32,000 bases of DNA from Balneolaceae bacterium (lineage in GTDB: Bacteria; Bacteroidota; Rhodothermia; Balneolales; Balneolaceae), in contig JBBEBE010000013.1 of NCBI GenBank assembly GCA_040882505.1, positions 99,518 through 131,517 on the forward strand, read 5' to 3'. The notes under the pieces are model-generated. The model was not told the DNA's origin, made no database searches, and saw only the letters and a list, made by a program, of their open reading frames with translations. The position numbers were made by a program, and so were the translations under genes. Shown piece after piece: positions 1-8,007 of the stretch; the first letter of the stretch is position 1; every line of letters starts with the position of its first letter.

Positions 1-248
1 ATACCCGGCAACGTTTCAACACTGTCCTGAACTATTTCTTGAAGAAAGAACTCCCTGGGTTGGGCATTCTCCCTGAATCAGATACCATCCAAAGAGCGAT
101 ACAGACACAACGCCCTCTCCAAAGCGTGGACCCGGACGGGCCGGAGCAACGTGAATTTGAGTTTATCGCCGAAAATCTGATTGGCCGTGCAGGACGGGTA
201 CCGAGCGTCGGTATTCCGGTTTCGACTCCAGACGAAACGACGAGGTGA
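1..248 (+). CDS. flhG: FlhG/YlxH-type MinD-family flagellar ATPase, C-terminal fragment (5' end lies left of the window)
   Basis: Frame 3 is open from the window edge (pos 3) to TGA at 246-248. The translation TRQRFNTVLNYFLKKELPGLGILPESDTIQRAIQTQRPLQSVDP... resembles the MinD/FlhG C-terminal region (LG.iP.D..v..A...Q.P). It sits directly upstream of fliA as in flhF-flhG-fliA clusters. Only a short fragment is available. Confidence 0.55.
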   Translation, partial: TRQRFNTVLNYFLKKELPGLGILPESDTIQRAIQTQRPLQSVDPDGPEQREFEFIAENLIGRAGRVPSVGIPVSTPDETTR

Positions 249-249
249 C

Positions 250-486
250 ATGATGCTACTGCGACTGACTCTGATTATCTCATTGATCAATTTCATCCTG
301 CTCCTTTTGAATGGCAGCGCCATCGATCGTGCCCTTCACCGAAGCCTGTTGATCTTCATGATCCTCTTTGCTGTCATCCATTTGGGTTTTCTTCTTTTTA
401 ATCTGATTCAGACATCCATACCCGACAAATCCGGGCAGAAGAAAAAAACGATGGATGGAAAAGGCGAACCTGCAAACGAATCGTGA
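250..486 (+). CDS. Small hypothetical membrane protein (78 aa, two predicted TM helices, Lys-rich tail)
   Basis: ATG at 250 lies one nt after the flhG stop (TGAcATG). Its stop (484-486) overlaps the GTG at 483 of the fliA ORF (GTGA). Hydrophobic stretches are LLRLTLIISLINFILLLL and LLIFMILFAVIHLGFLLFNLI, followed by the tail DKSGQKKKTMDGKGE. No family recognised. Confidence 0.45.
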   Translation: MMLLRLTLIISLINFILLLLNGSAIDRALHRSLLIFMILFAVIHLGFLLFNLIQTSIPDKSGQKKKTMDGKGEPANES

Positions 487-491
487 GAGAC

Positions 492-1262
492 ATGCAGTCC
501 GCCTCCCTCCAACAATTAATTGAGCTCTATTTTTCGGATCCGACAGACGGCTTGCGTCACGCAATTATTACGAAGTCGATTCCACTCGTGCGGAGTATCC
601 TCGGGAAAATTCCTCGACCGGACCATCCCTTGTCAGACCTTCAGGATCTCGAAAGTGTTGGCATCAACGGCGTGCTCCAGGCAATCGAGAGTTACGACCC
701 CTCCAAGGGGATCCAGTTTAATACATTTGCCTATTACCGCATACGTGGCAGTATGATCGACTATCTTCGGATGATTGACCAACTTCCGAGGAACCAGCGG
801 TCAAGCTATGGAAAAGTACAAGAGACAATGGCTCGCCTGTCTCAGGAATTGGGTCGTGAACCCCTTGACCAAGAAGTGGCCGACTCTCTGGAGATGACTC
901 TGTCCAGCTATCACACCCTGCTTTCAAGTGTTCAACAACGAAACGCCCTCTCCCTCGACCAATCCGGGTCCGGTGAAAACCCTGCCAGTATCTACGACTT
1001 TTTTGCCGACGAGAGCACACCTCTTCCCGACCAGGAACTGGAAGAAGAAGAATTACTACAACAGTTGGCCACCCACGTTCAGCAACTACCGGAGAAGGAG
1101 CGGCTCATCCTCACACTCTATTTTTATGAAGATCTCACGATGAGTGAAATCGCTCTGCTTTTGGATCGGACAGAAGCCCGTGTATCCCAGATTATCGGAA
1201 AAATTCTTCTTCGTCTCCGTGCAGCCATGAAAAACCCACACAACGCTATCCGGCCGGCATGA
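492..1262 (+). CDS. fliA: RNA polymerase sigma-28 factor FliA (flagellar sigma factor)
   Basis: Region 2-like FNTFAYYRIRGSMIDYLR and region 4.2 HTH LTMSEIALLLDRTEARVSQIIGKILLRLR. Length ~256 aa and position after flhG fit FliA. ATG at 492 was chosen; the in-frame GTG at 483 (ORF-track start) is an alternative. Confidence 0.9.
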   Translation: MQSASLQQLIELYFSDPTDGLRHAIITKSIPLVRSILGKIPRPDHPLSDLQDLESVGINGVLQAIESYDPSKGIQFNTFAYYRIRGSMIDYLRMIDQLPRNQRSSYGKVQETMARLSQELGREPLDQEVADSLEMTLSSYHTLLSSVQQRNALSLDQSGSGENPASIYDFFADESTPLPDQELEEEELLQQLATHVQQLPEKERLILTLYFYEDLTMSEIALLLDRTEARVSQIIGKILLRLRAAMKNPHNAIRPA

Positions 1263-2034
1263 TCTCCTCGAGAAGGAGCTCAAGAAACTCAAACATCCGG
1301 TCAAACATCATTTCGAAAGCGACCGGGAGCCAGGGCAGTACCCAGAGCAACAGTGCAAATCCAACCCCCAACTTCAATGGCAAGGCGATGAACATGACGT
1401 TCGCTTGGGGCATGATTCGGGCAAAAATGGCGAGTGAGAGGTCAAGCAGAAAGAGCAGAATCATAAACGGGCTTGCTATCTGAACGGCAATCAGAAAGAG
1501 GTAGGTCGCTACTTCCAGCATGAACGGCCCAGCCAGTTCAATCCGGGATTGATTCAACGGAATCACCTCGAAACTACGAGCAAGCGCGTTGATGTAGAGT
1601 TTGTCACCATCCATCGCCAGAAAAACCAGCAGAGCAAGCATGGTAAACAGATTACTGACCAGTGTGCTTCGCTGTTGAGTCATTGAATCTACCAATTCTG
1701 CAAACGCAAGAACGATTTTCAGGCTTATCAATCGACCGGCCATCTCCAGTCCAGCCATGATCAACTGTCCGACAAGGCCCATTGCAACTCCGATCAATAC
1801 TTCGGTTCCGATCGCAAGACTCACATAGATCCAACCGGCATCCATCGGAATTTCGGTATGAACACCCGGAATCACCGGATAGAGAAGAACGCTTGTGATC
1901 AGAGCAAAAAAGAGTTTGACCTGACTGGGGAATGCCGCCGAACTGAAGAAGGGAGCGGTCATGATCATGGCTCCCACACGGGTAAAGATGAGGAAGCAGG
2001 AGATCAGGTAGTCGGCGGAAAGAAAGCTCTCCAT
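1246..2034 (-). CDS. fliR: Flagellar type III export apparatus protein FliR
   Basis: N-terminus MESFLSADYLISCFLIFTRVGAMIMTAPFF is typical of FliR, and the protein is polytopic. ATG at 2034 (10 nt after the fliQ stop) was chosen, because the ORF-track start at 2094 would overlap fliQ by 50 nt. Confidence 0.9.
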   Translation of the reverse strand: MESFLSADYLISCFLIFTRVGAMIMTAPFFSSAAFPSQVKLFFALITSVLLYPVIPGVHTEIPMDAGWIYVSLAIGTEVLIGVAMGLVGQLIMAGLEMAGRLISLKIVLAFAELVDSMTQQRSTLVSNLFTMLALLVFLAMDGDKLYINALARSFEVIPLNQSRIELAGPFMLEVATYLFLIAVQIASPFMILLFLLDLSLAIFARIMPQANVMFIALPLKLGVGFALLLWVLPWLPVAFEMMFDRMFEFLELLLEEIMPAG

Positions 2035-2044
2035 GGGTTGGCAG

Positions 2045-2314
2045 CTACCGGCTGATTTGGGGGATGAACTCCAAGACTCGTTGCATAAAATCAATTGCGA
2101 ACTGAAGCATGAAACCGAACGTAAAAAAGAGAATAATCACGACGACGATCATCTTCGGAACATAACTCAAGGTCATCTCCTGTATGGAGGTAGCCGCCTG
2201 AAAGACAGCAATCGCCAGACCCACGATCAGAGCACCAGCCAGAATCGGGGTCGAGAGAACAATCAATGCGACGAGCATCTCCTGAAGCCAGTAGAGTGCA
2301 GTTTCTACATTCAT
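2045..2314 (-). CDS. fliQ: Flagellar type III export apparatus protein FliQ
   Basis: 89 aa with two TM helices. The conserved core VFQAATSIQEMTLSYVPK matches the FliQ pattern LFQAATQI.EQTLSF.PK. It lies between fliP and fliR. Confidence 0.92.
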   Translation of the reverse strand: MNVETALYWLQEMLVALIVLSTPILAGALIVGLAIAVFQAATSIQEMTLSYVPKMIVVVIILFFTFGFMLQFAIDFMQRVLEFIPQISR

Positions 2315-2325
2315 CTCTTCATCGG

Positions 2326-3144
2326 TTACTGAAAACTTTCAATCATGGACTGAACCAGCAGATACCAGCCATCGGTCAAAACAAATACCAGAATTTTAAA
2401 AGGGAGAGAGACGAGTACAGGGGGTAGAAAGATTATTCCCATTGAAAGCAGAACCGAAGCAACGACCAGATCAATTACCATAAACGGGAGGTAGATCATA
2501 AACCCGATTTGAAAGGCAATCCGAAGTTCACTGATGATGAATGAAGGCACCACGACATAGAGTGGGAGTTCACGGACGCCATCTACCTGCTCCATCTCTG
2601 CCATATCCATAAAATAGAGCAGATCCTGATCCCTGGTTTGGCGAACCATAAATTCTTTGAGTGGAATGGTCGCTTCCTGAAGTGCCGCAACCTGGGTCAT
2701 CTCTTCCGAAAGATACGGCTGAATAGCTCGTTCATGAAGCTCCTGAAACGTCGGCATCATAATAAACAGCGTCAAAAACAGAGCCAGTCCGATAAGCACC
2801 TGATTGGGTGGCGATTGCTGAGTACCCAGACCCATTCGCAAGAAGAAGAAGACGACGATGATTCGGGTAAAGCTGGTCATCATCGTAACAAAAGCAGGCC
2901 CAAAGGAGAGAACCGTAATCAAAATGAGTGCCTGAATCGCGACGGTAAAATCTTCAGCTTCCCCACCGATAGACAGATCGATTTGAGGCAGTGCTTGAGC
3001 CGTGACACCCCCAAATGGACCCAATGATGGAGCCTGCCAGGCACCCTCCCCCAAAAGTCCGAAAAAGAACAGGAGAAGAAGGCTCGTCCACCCCACAAGC
3101 AACGTACGAACCACCCACGGCCATCCGTTTAACCGGTCACGCAT
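2326..3144 (-). CDS. fliP: Flagellar type III export apparatus protein FliP
   Basis: Has a signal-peptide-like N-terminus. The conserved FliP core is MMTSFTRIIVVFFFLRMGLGTQQSPPNQVLIGLALFLTLFIMMP. Confidence 0.93.
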   Translation of the reverse strand: MRDRLNGWPWVVRTLLVGWTSLLLLFFFGLLGEGAWQAPSLGPFGGVTAQALPQIDLSIGGEAEDFTVAIQALILITVLSFGPAFVTMMTSFTRIIVVFFFLRMGLGTQQSPPNQVLIGLALFLTLFIMMPTFQELHERAIQPYLSEEMTQVAALQEATIPLKEFMVRQTRDQDLLYFMDMAEMEQVDGVRELPLYVVVPSFIISELRIAFQIGFMIYLPFMVIDLVVASVLLSMGIIFLPPVLVSLPFKILVFVLTDGWYLLVQSMIESFQ

Positions 3145-3703
3145 CGTTTCCCCTCACCTGATTCCAAAAGGTTCGAAACTCGACACTACGATTGTTCGTC
3201 TCCGCTTCAACCCATTCCTCCTGACTGTATCGATGCAACAGTTGAACAGGGCCCTGGAGACTCACACCCACGACCCATACCTCGCCATTGATATCCATAA
3301 TTTTCAATTCGTTCCCGGAACCCAGGGAAACCGTCTCTTTGGTCCGGTCGACACCCGCTCGGGGCTTTTGACCCGCCTTGTAGACCAGCAGGTACCAGAC
3401 ACCGGCCAAAAGTGTGGCAAGAACAATAAACGTTGTCACGGCAGGAAGAAACGGCCCTCGACGAGACGACGCATGGTCGTTGTGTGCCTCCCCGTCAGGC
3501 ACTGGATCGATTGCATGAACATCCGTTGTACCCCGGACCGATTCGATCCTCGGAGAGACCTGATCCGGATCACCTGTTCCGAACTCCATCCTGGAGACAA
3601 TCATCAGCCAGAGCAGGAGCAGAATGGCCGCTACACCCAGAACTGTCCGGAGCCACCACTGCGGATCCCGATTGCTTCGCTCCGTCCACCTTCTCAAATC
3701 CAT
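3137..3703 (-). CDS. fliO: Flagellar biosynthesis protein FliO/FliZ-like (with N-terminal extension)
   Basis: Lies between fliN/Y and fliP. Its start overlaps the fliN/Y stop as TAATG and its 3' end overlaps fliP by 8 nt. TM segment FLPAVTTFIVLATLLAGVWYLLVY is followed by LGSGNELKIMDINGEVWVVGVSLQGPVQLLHRY, which is FliO-like. An extra N-terminal TM (VLGVAAILLLLWLMIV) is present. The call rests on weakly conserved features and position. Confidence 0.55.
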   Translation of the reverse strand: MDLRRWTERSNRDPQWWLRTVLGVAAILLLLWLMIVSRMEFGTGDPDQVSPRIESVRGTTDVHAIDPVPDGEAHNDHASSRRGPFLPAVTTFIVLATLLAGVWYLLVYKAGQKPRAGVDRTKETVSLGSGNELKIMDINGEVWVVGVSLQGPVQLLHRYSQEEWVEAETNNRSVEFRTFWNQVRGNDA

Positions 3704-4737
3704 TACTGCAACTCCACCATCTTCTGACGGGTTGTGATCAGATTGGAAATACGAACTCCGAAATGCTCATCGATCACGACGACCTCGCCGTATGCAATTT
3801 TGTGCCCATTCACCAGAATATCGACCGGTTCCCCGGCCAACCGCTCCAGTTCGATAACCGATCCCCTGGTCAATTCCAGTACCTTGCCGAGTGGCAATTC
3901 AATCCGGCCGAGCTCGACAGAAAGATCCATTTCGATATCTTTCAGAAGCTCCAGACCCCGTGCTCCCTTTTCAGGGGATAAATCCTCATCCTCAAACTCC
4001 TCGAATTGAATATGTCGCCCACTAATCACCGACTCTCTGGATCCTTTTGATGACGCCAATTCATCCGGATTCATGGACTTGAATTCGTTCTCTTCTTCAC
4101 TCATGGGGCTCCCCTTGTCTGTTGCAGATCGTTGATCAGGTTTGTTGACGTCCGATGACACCGTTCTGTTCTCACCATCCGTCTCGGGTTCTTCGCTATC
4201 CTGAGCGGCATCAAGGGTCAACTCCTCCAATGTTTCCGGAAGGTGATTGCTCCCCAGCCAAATCGTTGCCAACAGTGTATTCTCCCCGAATCCATTGGCA
4301 TGCAGTGTAATGCAGAGATATCGATCCCGTTTTGGAGAGTTGAAATATCGCGAAGCTGTGACCAGTTCCACGTTTTCCGGTTCCACTTCGATGCCTGCCC
4401 GCAGGAGCGCATCCTGTACCGTCGTTTTCAGTTCACCGGCGAATCGCTGAATCAGATCCCGGCTAACCTCGTTGAGAGCCGTCTCCTCGATACCCATCAT
4501 GCGCGAAGAGAGTACCGGCAGCCACGCTTCATCGAGTTGAACCAAGAGCTCCCCCCGTTCGGGGTCCTGCAGAAGAATGGAGACTCTGGTCTTGTCTTCA
4601 GGCTCCTTCAGCTCGCTTGCAGTGAACAAGGATCGATCCTCTTCGGAGAGAGTTATAGATTCTTTGAGTAGAGTGGATAGAAAGGATTGGGCAACCGAAA
4701 GCCCTTCACGAAAGATGTCATTCCAGTGTGTCATCAT
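3703..4737 (-). CDS. fliN: Flagellar motor switch protein, FliN/FliY family (C-terminal SpoA/FliN domain; long N-terminal domain plus acidic linker)
   Basis: The C-terminus LELLKDIEMDLSVELGRIELPLGKVLELTRGSVIELERLAGEPVDILVNGHKIAYGEVVVIDEHFGVRISNLI is a canonical FliN/SpoA domain. At 344 aa the size resembles FliY. The start overlaps the fliM stop as TAATG. Confidence 0.88.
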   Translation of the reverse strand: MMTHWNDIFREGLSVAQSFLSTLLKESITLSEEDRSLFTASELKEPEDKTRVSILLQDPERGELLVQLDEAWLPVLSSRMMGIEETALNEVSRDLIQRFAGELKTTVQDALLRAGIEVEPENVELVTASRYFNSPKRDRYLCITLHANGFGENTLLATIWLGSNHLPETLEELTLDAAQDSEEPETDGENRTVSSDVNKPDQRSATDKGSPMSEEENEFKSMNPDELASSKGSRESVISGRHIQFEEFEDEDLSPEKGARGLELLKDIEMDLSVELGRIELPLGKVLELTRGSVIELERLAGEPVDILVNGHKIAYGEVVVIDEHFGVRISNLITTRQKMVELQ

Positions 4738-5672
4738 TACAACAGATCTTTTTCATGAATCTCTTCGCGCATCCGAAGAATACGTACCGCTTTTCGGCCT
4801 CGTACCAAACCCGGATACGCCTCCATCTTCTGTTCTCCATTGATTCGAATCTGCAATGGATCAATCAACTTCTGACTCAGTGCGATGACATCGCCCTCTT
4901 TGAGTCTCAGAATGTCTCTCATACAGAGCCGGGCTTCTCCCAATAGAGATTGAATGGTCACGGGTACATCCTTGAGTGTACATTTGTACGCTTCAAGCTC
5001 TTCACCCCCCAATCGTCTCTTTTGATCACTCTTCTCCCGATTGATCATAAAATCACTCAAAATCTCTTTGAGAAGAGTGTACTGATACGAGACGACCATT
5101 TCGGATCGTTGACCCAACACCTCGATCGACATCCGGGTCACGATGGATGGATCCAGTGTGATTAAATCAATGTTCTCCGGTTTGTTCTCATAGACCGCTT
5201 TCTTTAATTGGAGCTTCACAGACGGTTCCCATGCAACCAACACCTCCCGAATGACATCGCCCATGACTCTCTCTACAATCCGCTCTTCAATCAGCGTGAG
5301 AGACCGGGGATTGTGAAATTCGGAAAACCGGCCTCCACTCTGCCTTTCAATCAGAAAAATGCAGAATTCGGTCGGAAGTGAGAGAATGATCTCCCCCGGC
5401 AGTTCTTCAAATGTGAGCATGTAGATTACCGACGGGCTCGGCAATGTCTCCAGCAAAGCATTGGTCGATATCTGATCAATACTCTGCAACCCGATTTCGA
5501 CCCGTTGACGAAGAGCCGAGCTGAAGACTCGATTCAGGTTTCTGGCCATCATATCGTGCGTCGAACGCAAGGAGCTGAGAATCTCTTTGCTAAAAAGTTT
5601 TGGCTCCCGGAAATCGTATGATTCCACAAACTTCTCTCTCCGGGTTGCAGTGAGGGATCGCCTTTCACTCAT
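4737..5672 (-). CDS. fliM: Flagellar motor switch protein FliM
   Basis: SYDFREPKLFSKEILSSLRSTHDMMARNLNRVFSSALRQRVEIGLQSIDQ matches the conserved FliM N-proximal region, and a SpoA-like C-terminus is present. ATG at 5672 is preceded by GGAGccgtg. The ORF-track start at 5708 adds 12 aa and has no SD. Confidence 0.9.
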   Translation of the reverse strand: MSERRSLTATRREKFVESYDFREPKLFSKEILSSLRSTHDMMARNLNRVFSSALRQRVEIGLQSIDQISTNALLETLPSPSVIYMLTFEELPGEIILSLPTEFCIFLIERQSGGRFSEFHNPRSLTLIEERIVERVMGDVIREVLVAWEPSVKLQLKKAVYENKPENIDLITLDPSIVTRMSIEVLGQRSEMVVSYQYTLLKEILSDFMINREKSDQKRRLGGEELEAYKCTLKDVPVTIQSLLGEARLCMRDILRLKEGDVIALSQKLIDPLQIRINGEQKMEAYPGLVRGRKAVRILRMREEIHEKDLL

Positions 5673-5779
5673 CACGGCTCCACTGTTCGATACGCGACTC
5701 CGTATCATTTCATATTCACAGGATCGTGTCGCTCACAACCTGCAATGCAAGCGACCTTTGAATCCATATTCTCGGCCAC

Positions 5780-6292
5780 CTACTGCATGACATACTTGCT
5801 ATAGTACAAATTGCGTACCGAGCCCGGCCCTGTCAGCTCATTTATCAGGTTGGTCATTTCAGATCGCATTCGCTCCCGCTCCTCGGCCTGCACCAACTGT
5901 TCGACTGTCCGGCTTGTCAGGGCCTCATTGATCGTATGTCTGAGCCGATACTTCTGCTGCTCCAAACGCTCGAGAGCCCTGTTGTTCTCCAACTCCAAAC
6001 TGATTTCGACCATCAAGTACCGTTGGCCGTTCGTATTGGCCGGATTAACGACCATTTGATCCATCTGGTAGAACACCGGTTCCCCATCTCGTGCATTCTG
6101 TATCCAGGCCTGCATTGGTTCATAGTAGTTGTCAACCAGATACCATGCGCCGACCAACTGGGCGGCAAGAATCGCCAGTATCAGGAAATATTTTCCCGCC
6201 CGATAGACAATCGTCGACTTTCCGCTCTCTTCGTTCTCCACGTCAGGTCGGCTCTTCTCCTCCGGTACAGGCGTATTTGTCTCTTCGGCCAT
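5780..6292 (-). CDS. fliL: Flagellar basal-body-associated protein FliL
   Basis: Single TM (YFLILAILAAQLVGAWYLV), then FYQMDQMVVNPANTNGQRYLMVEISLEL..., typical of FliL. SD AGGAGAgcatatATG. Lies after motB and before fliM. Confidence 0.85.
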   Translation of the reverse strand: MAEETNTPVPEEKSRPDVENEESGKSTIVYRAGKYFLILAILAAQLVGAWYLVDNYYEPMQAWIQNARDGEPVFYQMDQMVVNPANTNGQRYLMVEISLELENNRALERLEQQKYRLRHTINEALTSRTVEQLVQAEERERMRSEMTNLINELTGPGSVRNLYYSKYVMQ

Positions 6293-6432
6293 ATATGCTC
6301 TCCTCTGCTTCTGTGTTTGCTCCAGTTATCGATTCCCATCGTCGATGAATCGTCCCGTTGTCACCTATGATTTCCCGATCTCACCCCTCTTCCACGCTCT
6401 TGTCAGGCCGGTTTCCACACAGGGTACGTCGA

Positions 6433-7158
6433 CTACTCCAACGCGTCCGGAAGTTCCGGATCCAGTTCAAATACCGGATCCGGCTCATACGTCCAGTTCC
6501 GGTACCGAAGTTGAATCTCAACGCGCCGGTTACGACTTCGACTTTCAGCCGTTTCGTTACTTGCCACAGGCTGATATTCGCCAAAACTCACCGCTTCAAA
6601 CTGTCCGGGATCCCGTTCACTTGCCATCTGAAGTGCATAAAGCACCGAGACGGCTCGAGCCGCACCCAAATGCCAGTTGGACGGATAGCGCGAACCCGAT
6701 GCGACCGGGACATTGTCTGTGTGACCATGGATAAGGATTCTCAGAACCTCTCTGTCCAACAGCCTCGATATTTGATCGATGACGATCCCGGCTCCGGGCA
6801 AGAGTTCGGCCGAACCACTGGCAAAGGTCAGCTGATCTTCCATCGTAATCTTCATGCCCCAGCGTGTCGCTTCGACAGAAATCTCCCCTTCCAGATCCTG
6901 GCGGTTCACAAACTCCTCGAGTGCTTCCCACTGTTCAATGATCTGACGTATCTCCGCACTTCTCAATGCCTGACCCTCGACAGATGTGTTTTCCAGCATA
7001 CCTGTTGACTGCTGAAAAAAGGAGATATAGTTGTTGAACTTGGCCTCATCCACACCCGGCGTCATCATGTAGAGCAGGACGAAGAAGACCATCAACAGCG
7101 TTACCAAATCACTGTAGGTGATTAGCCAGTTTCCAGATTGGTTCTCAGACGATGCCAT
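6433..7158 (-). CDS. motB: Flagellar stator protein MotB (OmpA-like peptidoglycan-binding C-terminus)
   Basis: NWLITYSDLVTLLMVFFVLL is the TM helix with the conserved Asp. The OmpA-like region is ILIHGHTDNVP...SNWHLGAARAVSV...NRRVEIQL. Confidence 0.9.
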   Translation of the reverse strand: MASSENQSGNWLITYSDLVTLLMVFFVLLYMMTPGVDEAKFNNYISFFQQSTGMLENTSVEGQALRSAEIRQIIEQWEALEEFVNRQDLEGEISVEATRWGMKITMEDQLTFASGSAELLPGAGIVIDQISRLLDREVLRILIHGHTDNVPVASGSRYPSNWHLGAARAVSVLYALQMASERDPGQFEAVSFGEYQPVASNETAESRSRNRRVEIQLRYRNWTYEPDPVFELDPELPDALE

Positions 7159-8000
7159 TCGATGTGTTGCCAGTTCGTCCAGTGTTCATAGAATCGATCA
7201 TCGAAGGCCGATGCACTTCGGATCGTTTCGTGATGTCGCAGATATTCTGCCCGTTGGTCCGGTTCCACGAAAATGAGCATCCGTTTCTCCATCACACGAG
7301 GATTCTCACCATCCACAATGGAGAGAATACCGATACGTACCATCTCTTTTCGGTTTACATCGATCTTGCTCAAGTACTCCAGTTTTCCGGCCAACGGTCC
7401 GAAAAACATATTGGAAAGGACGGTCCCGTAGAGAGTCGTGATGAGTGCAACAGCCAGTCCCGCACCCAAAGATTGTGGATCGGTTAGATTCTGAAGCATC
7501 AAGACCAATCCGATAACGGTTCCAATCATCCCGAACGCCGGAGCGTAGTTGGACATTGCTCCAAGCACCCGGACAGACGTGGCCATCTGGCCCTCGCGAC
7601 TTTTTATTTCGGCAATAAGAATCTGGTTCAGACTCTCTTTTTTGAATCCATCTATGGCCAACTGCAGTCCGTTGCGCAGGAATTCGGACTCCACCTGTTC
7701 AATGTCACGATCCATGGTGAGCATTCCGTTTACCCGAATCTTTCGCGCAAACATACAGAGCAGTTCCAGATCCGTTCGCAGATCGACTTCCTGGGCACGA
7801 ATCAAACTTCGAAATGCAGTAAAACTCACCCGAATGTTGTCAAAACTGAAGTGAACCATGGTTGCAGCCACGACTCCACCCGTCACAATCAAAAATGAAG
7901 AGAGACTGATGAACGTCGCCACCTCCCCCTGCATGATGATCGCAAGCGCAATCAGAGAGCTTCCCATTACAAGTCCTATCAAACTGGATCGATCTAACAT
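7122..8000 (-). CDS. motA: Flagellar stator protein MotA (MotA/TolQ/ExbB proton channel)
   Basis: N-terminus MLDRSSLIGLVMGSSLIALAIIMQG aligns with MotA N-termini. Channel helices are APAFGMIGTVIGLVLML and LAVALITTLYGTVLSNMFFGPLAGKL. Confidence 0.92.
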   Translation of the reverse strand: MLDRSSLIGLVMGSSLIALAIIMQGEVATFISLSSFLIVTGGVVAATMVHFSFDNIRVSFTAFRSLIRAQEVDLRTDLELLCMFARKIRVNGMLTMDRDIEQVESEFLRNGLQLAIDGFKKESLNQILIAEIKSREGQMATSVRVLGAMSNYAPAFGMIGTVIGLVLMLQNLTDPQSLGAGLAVALITTLYGTVLSNMFFGPLAGKLEYLSKIDVNRKEMVRIGILSIVDGENPRVMEKRMLIFVEPDQRAEYLRHHETIRSASAFDDRFYEHWTNWQHIEWHRLRTNLETG

Positions 8001-8007
8001 GTCTCCA

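Noticed and set aside
1192-1199. Additional CCGATAA heptamers (minus strand 1192-1199; plus strand 2788-2795 and 7509-7516)
   Set aside because: None has TTAA/TAAA at the 15-nt offset. All are inside coding regions and point antisense to the resident gene. They are taken as chance occurrences.
4372-4383. EPEN in the FliN/Y N-domain as a possible CheC-type ExxN active site
   Set aside because: The flanking context does not fit D/S-x3-E-x2-N-x22-P, because the Pro is at +13.
6320-6333. ATCGATAA-ct-GGAG upstream of fliL (minus strand), resembling the -10 plus GGAG part of the sigma-28 sites
   Set aside because: No TTAAG/TAAA -35 occurs at the required spacing (CGATT instead), and the first two -10 positions deviate. 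This is insufficient to call a promoter, though an fliL-proximal start in the 140-nt motB-fliL gap cannot be excluded.
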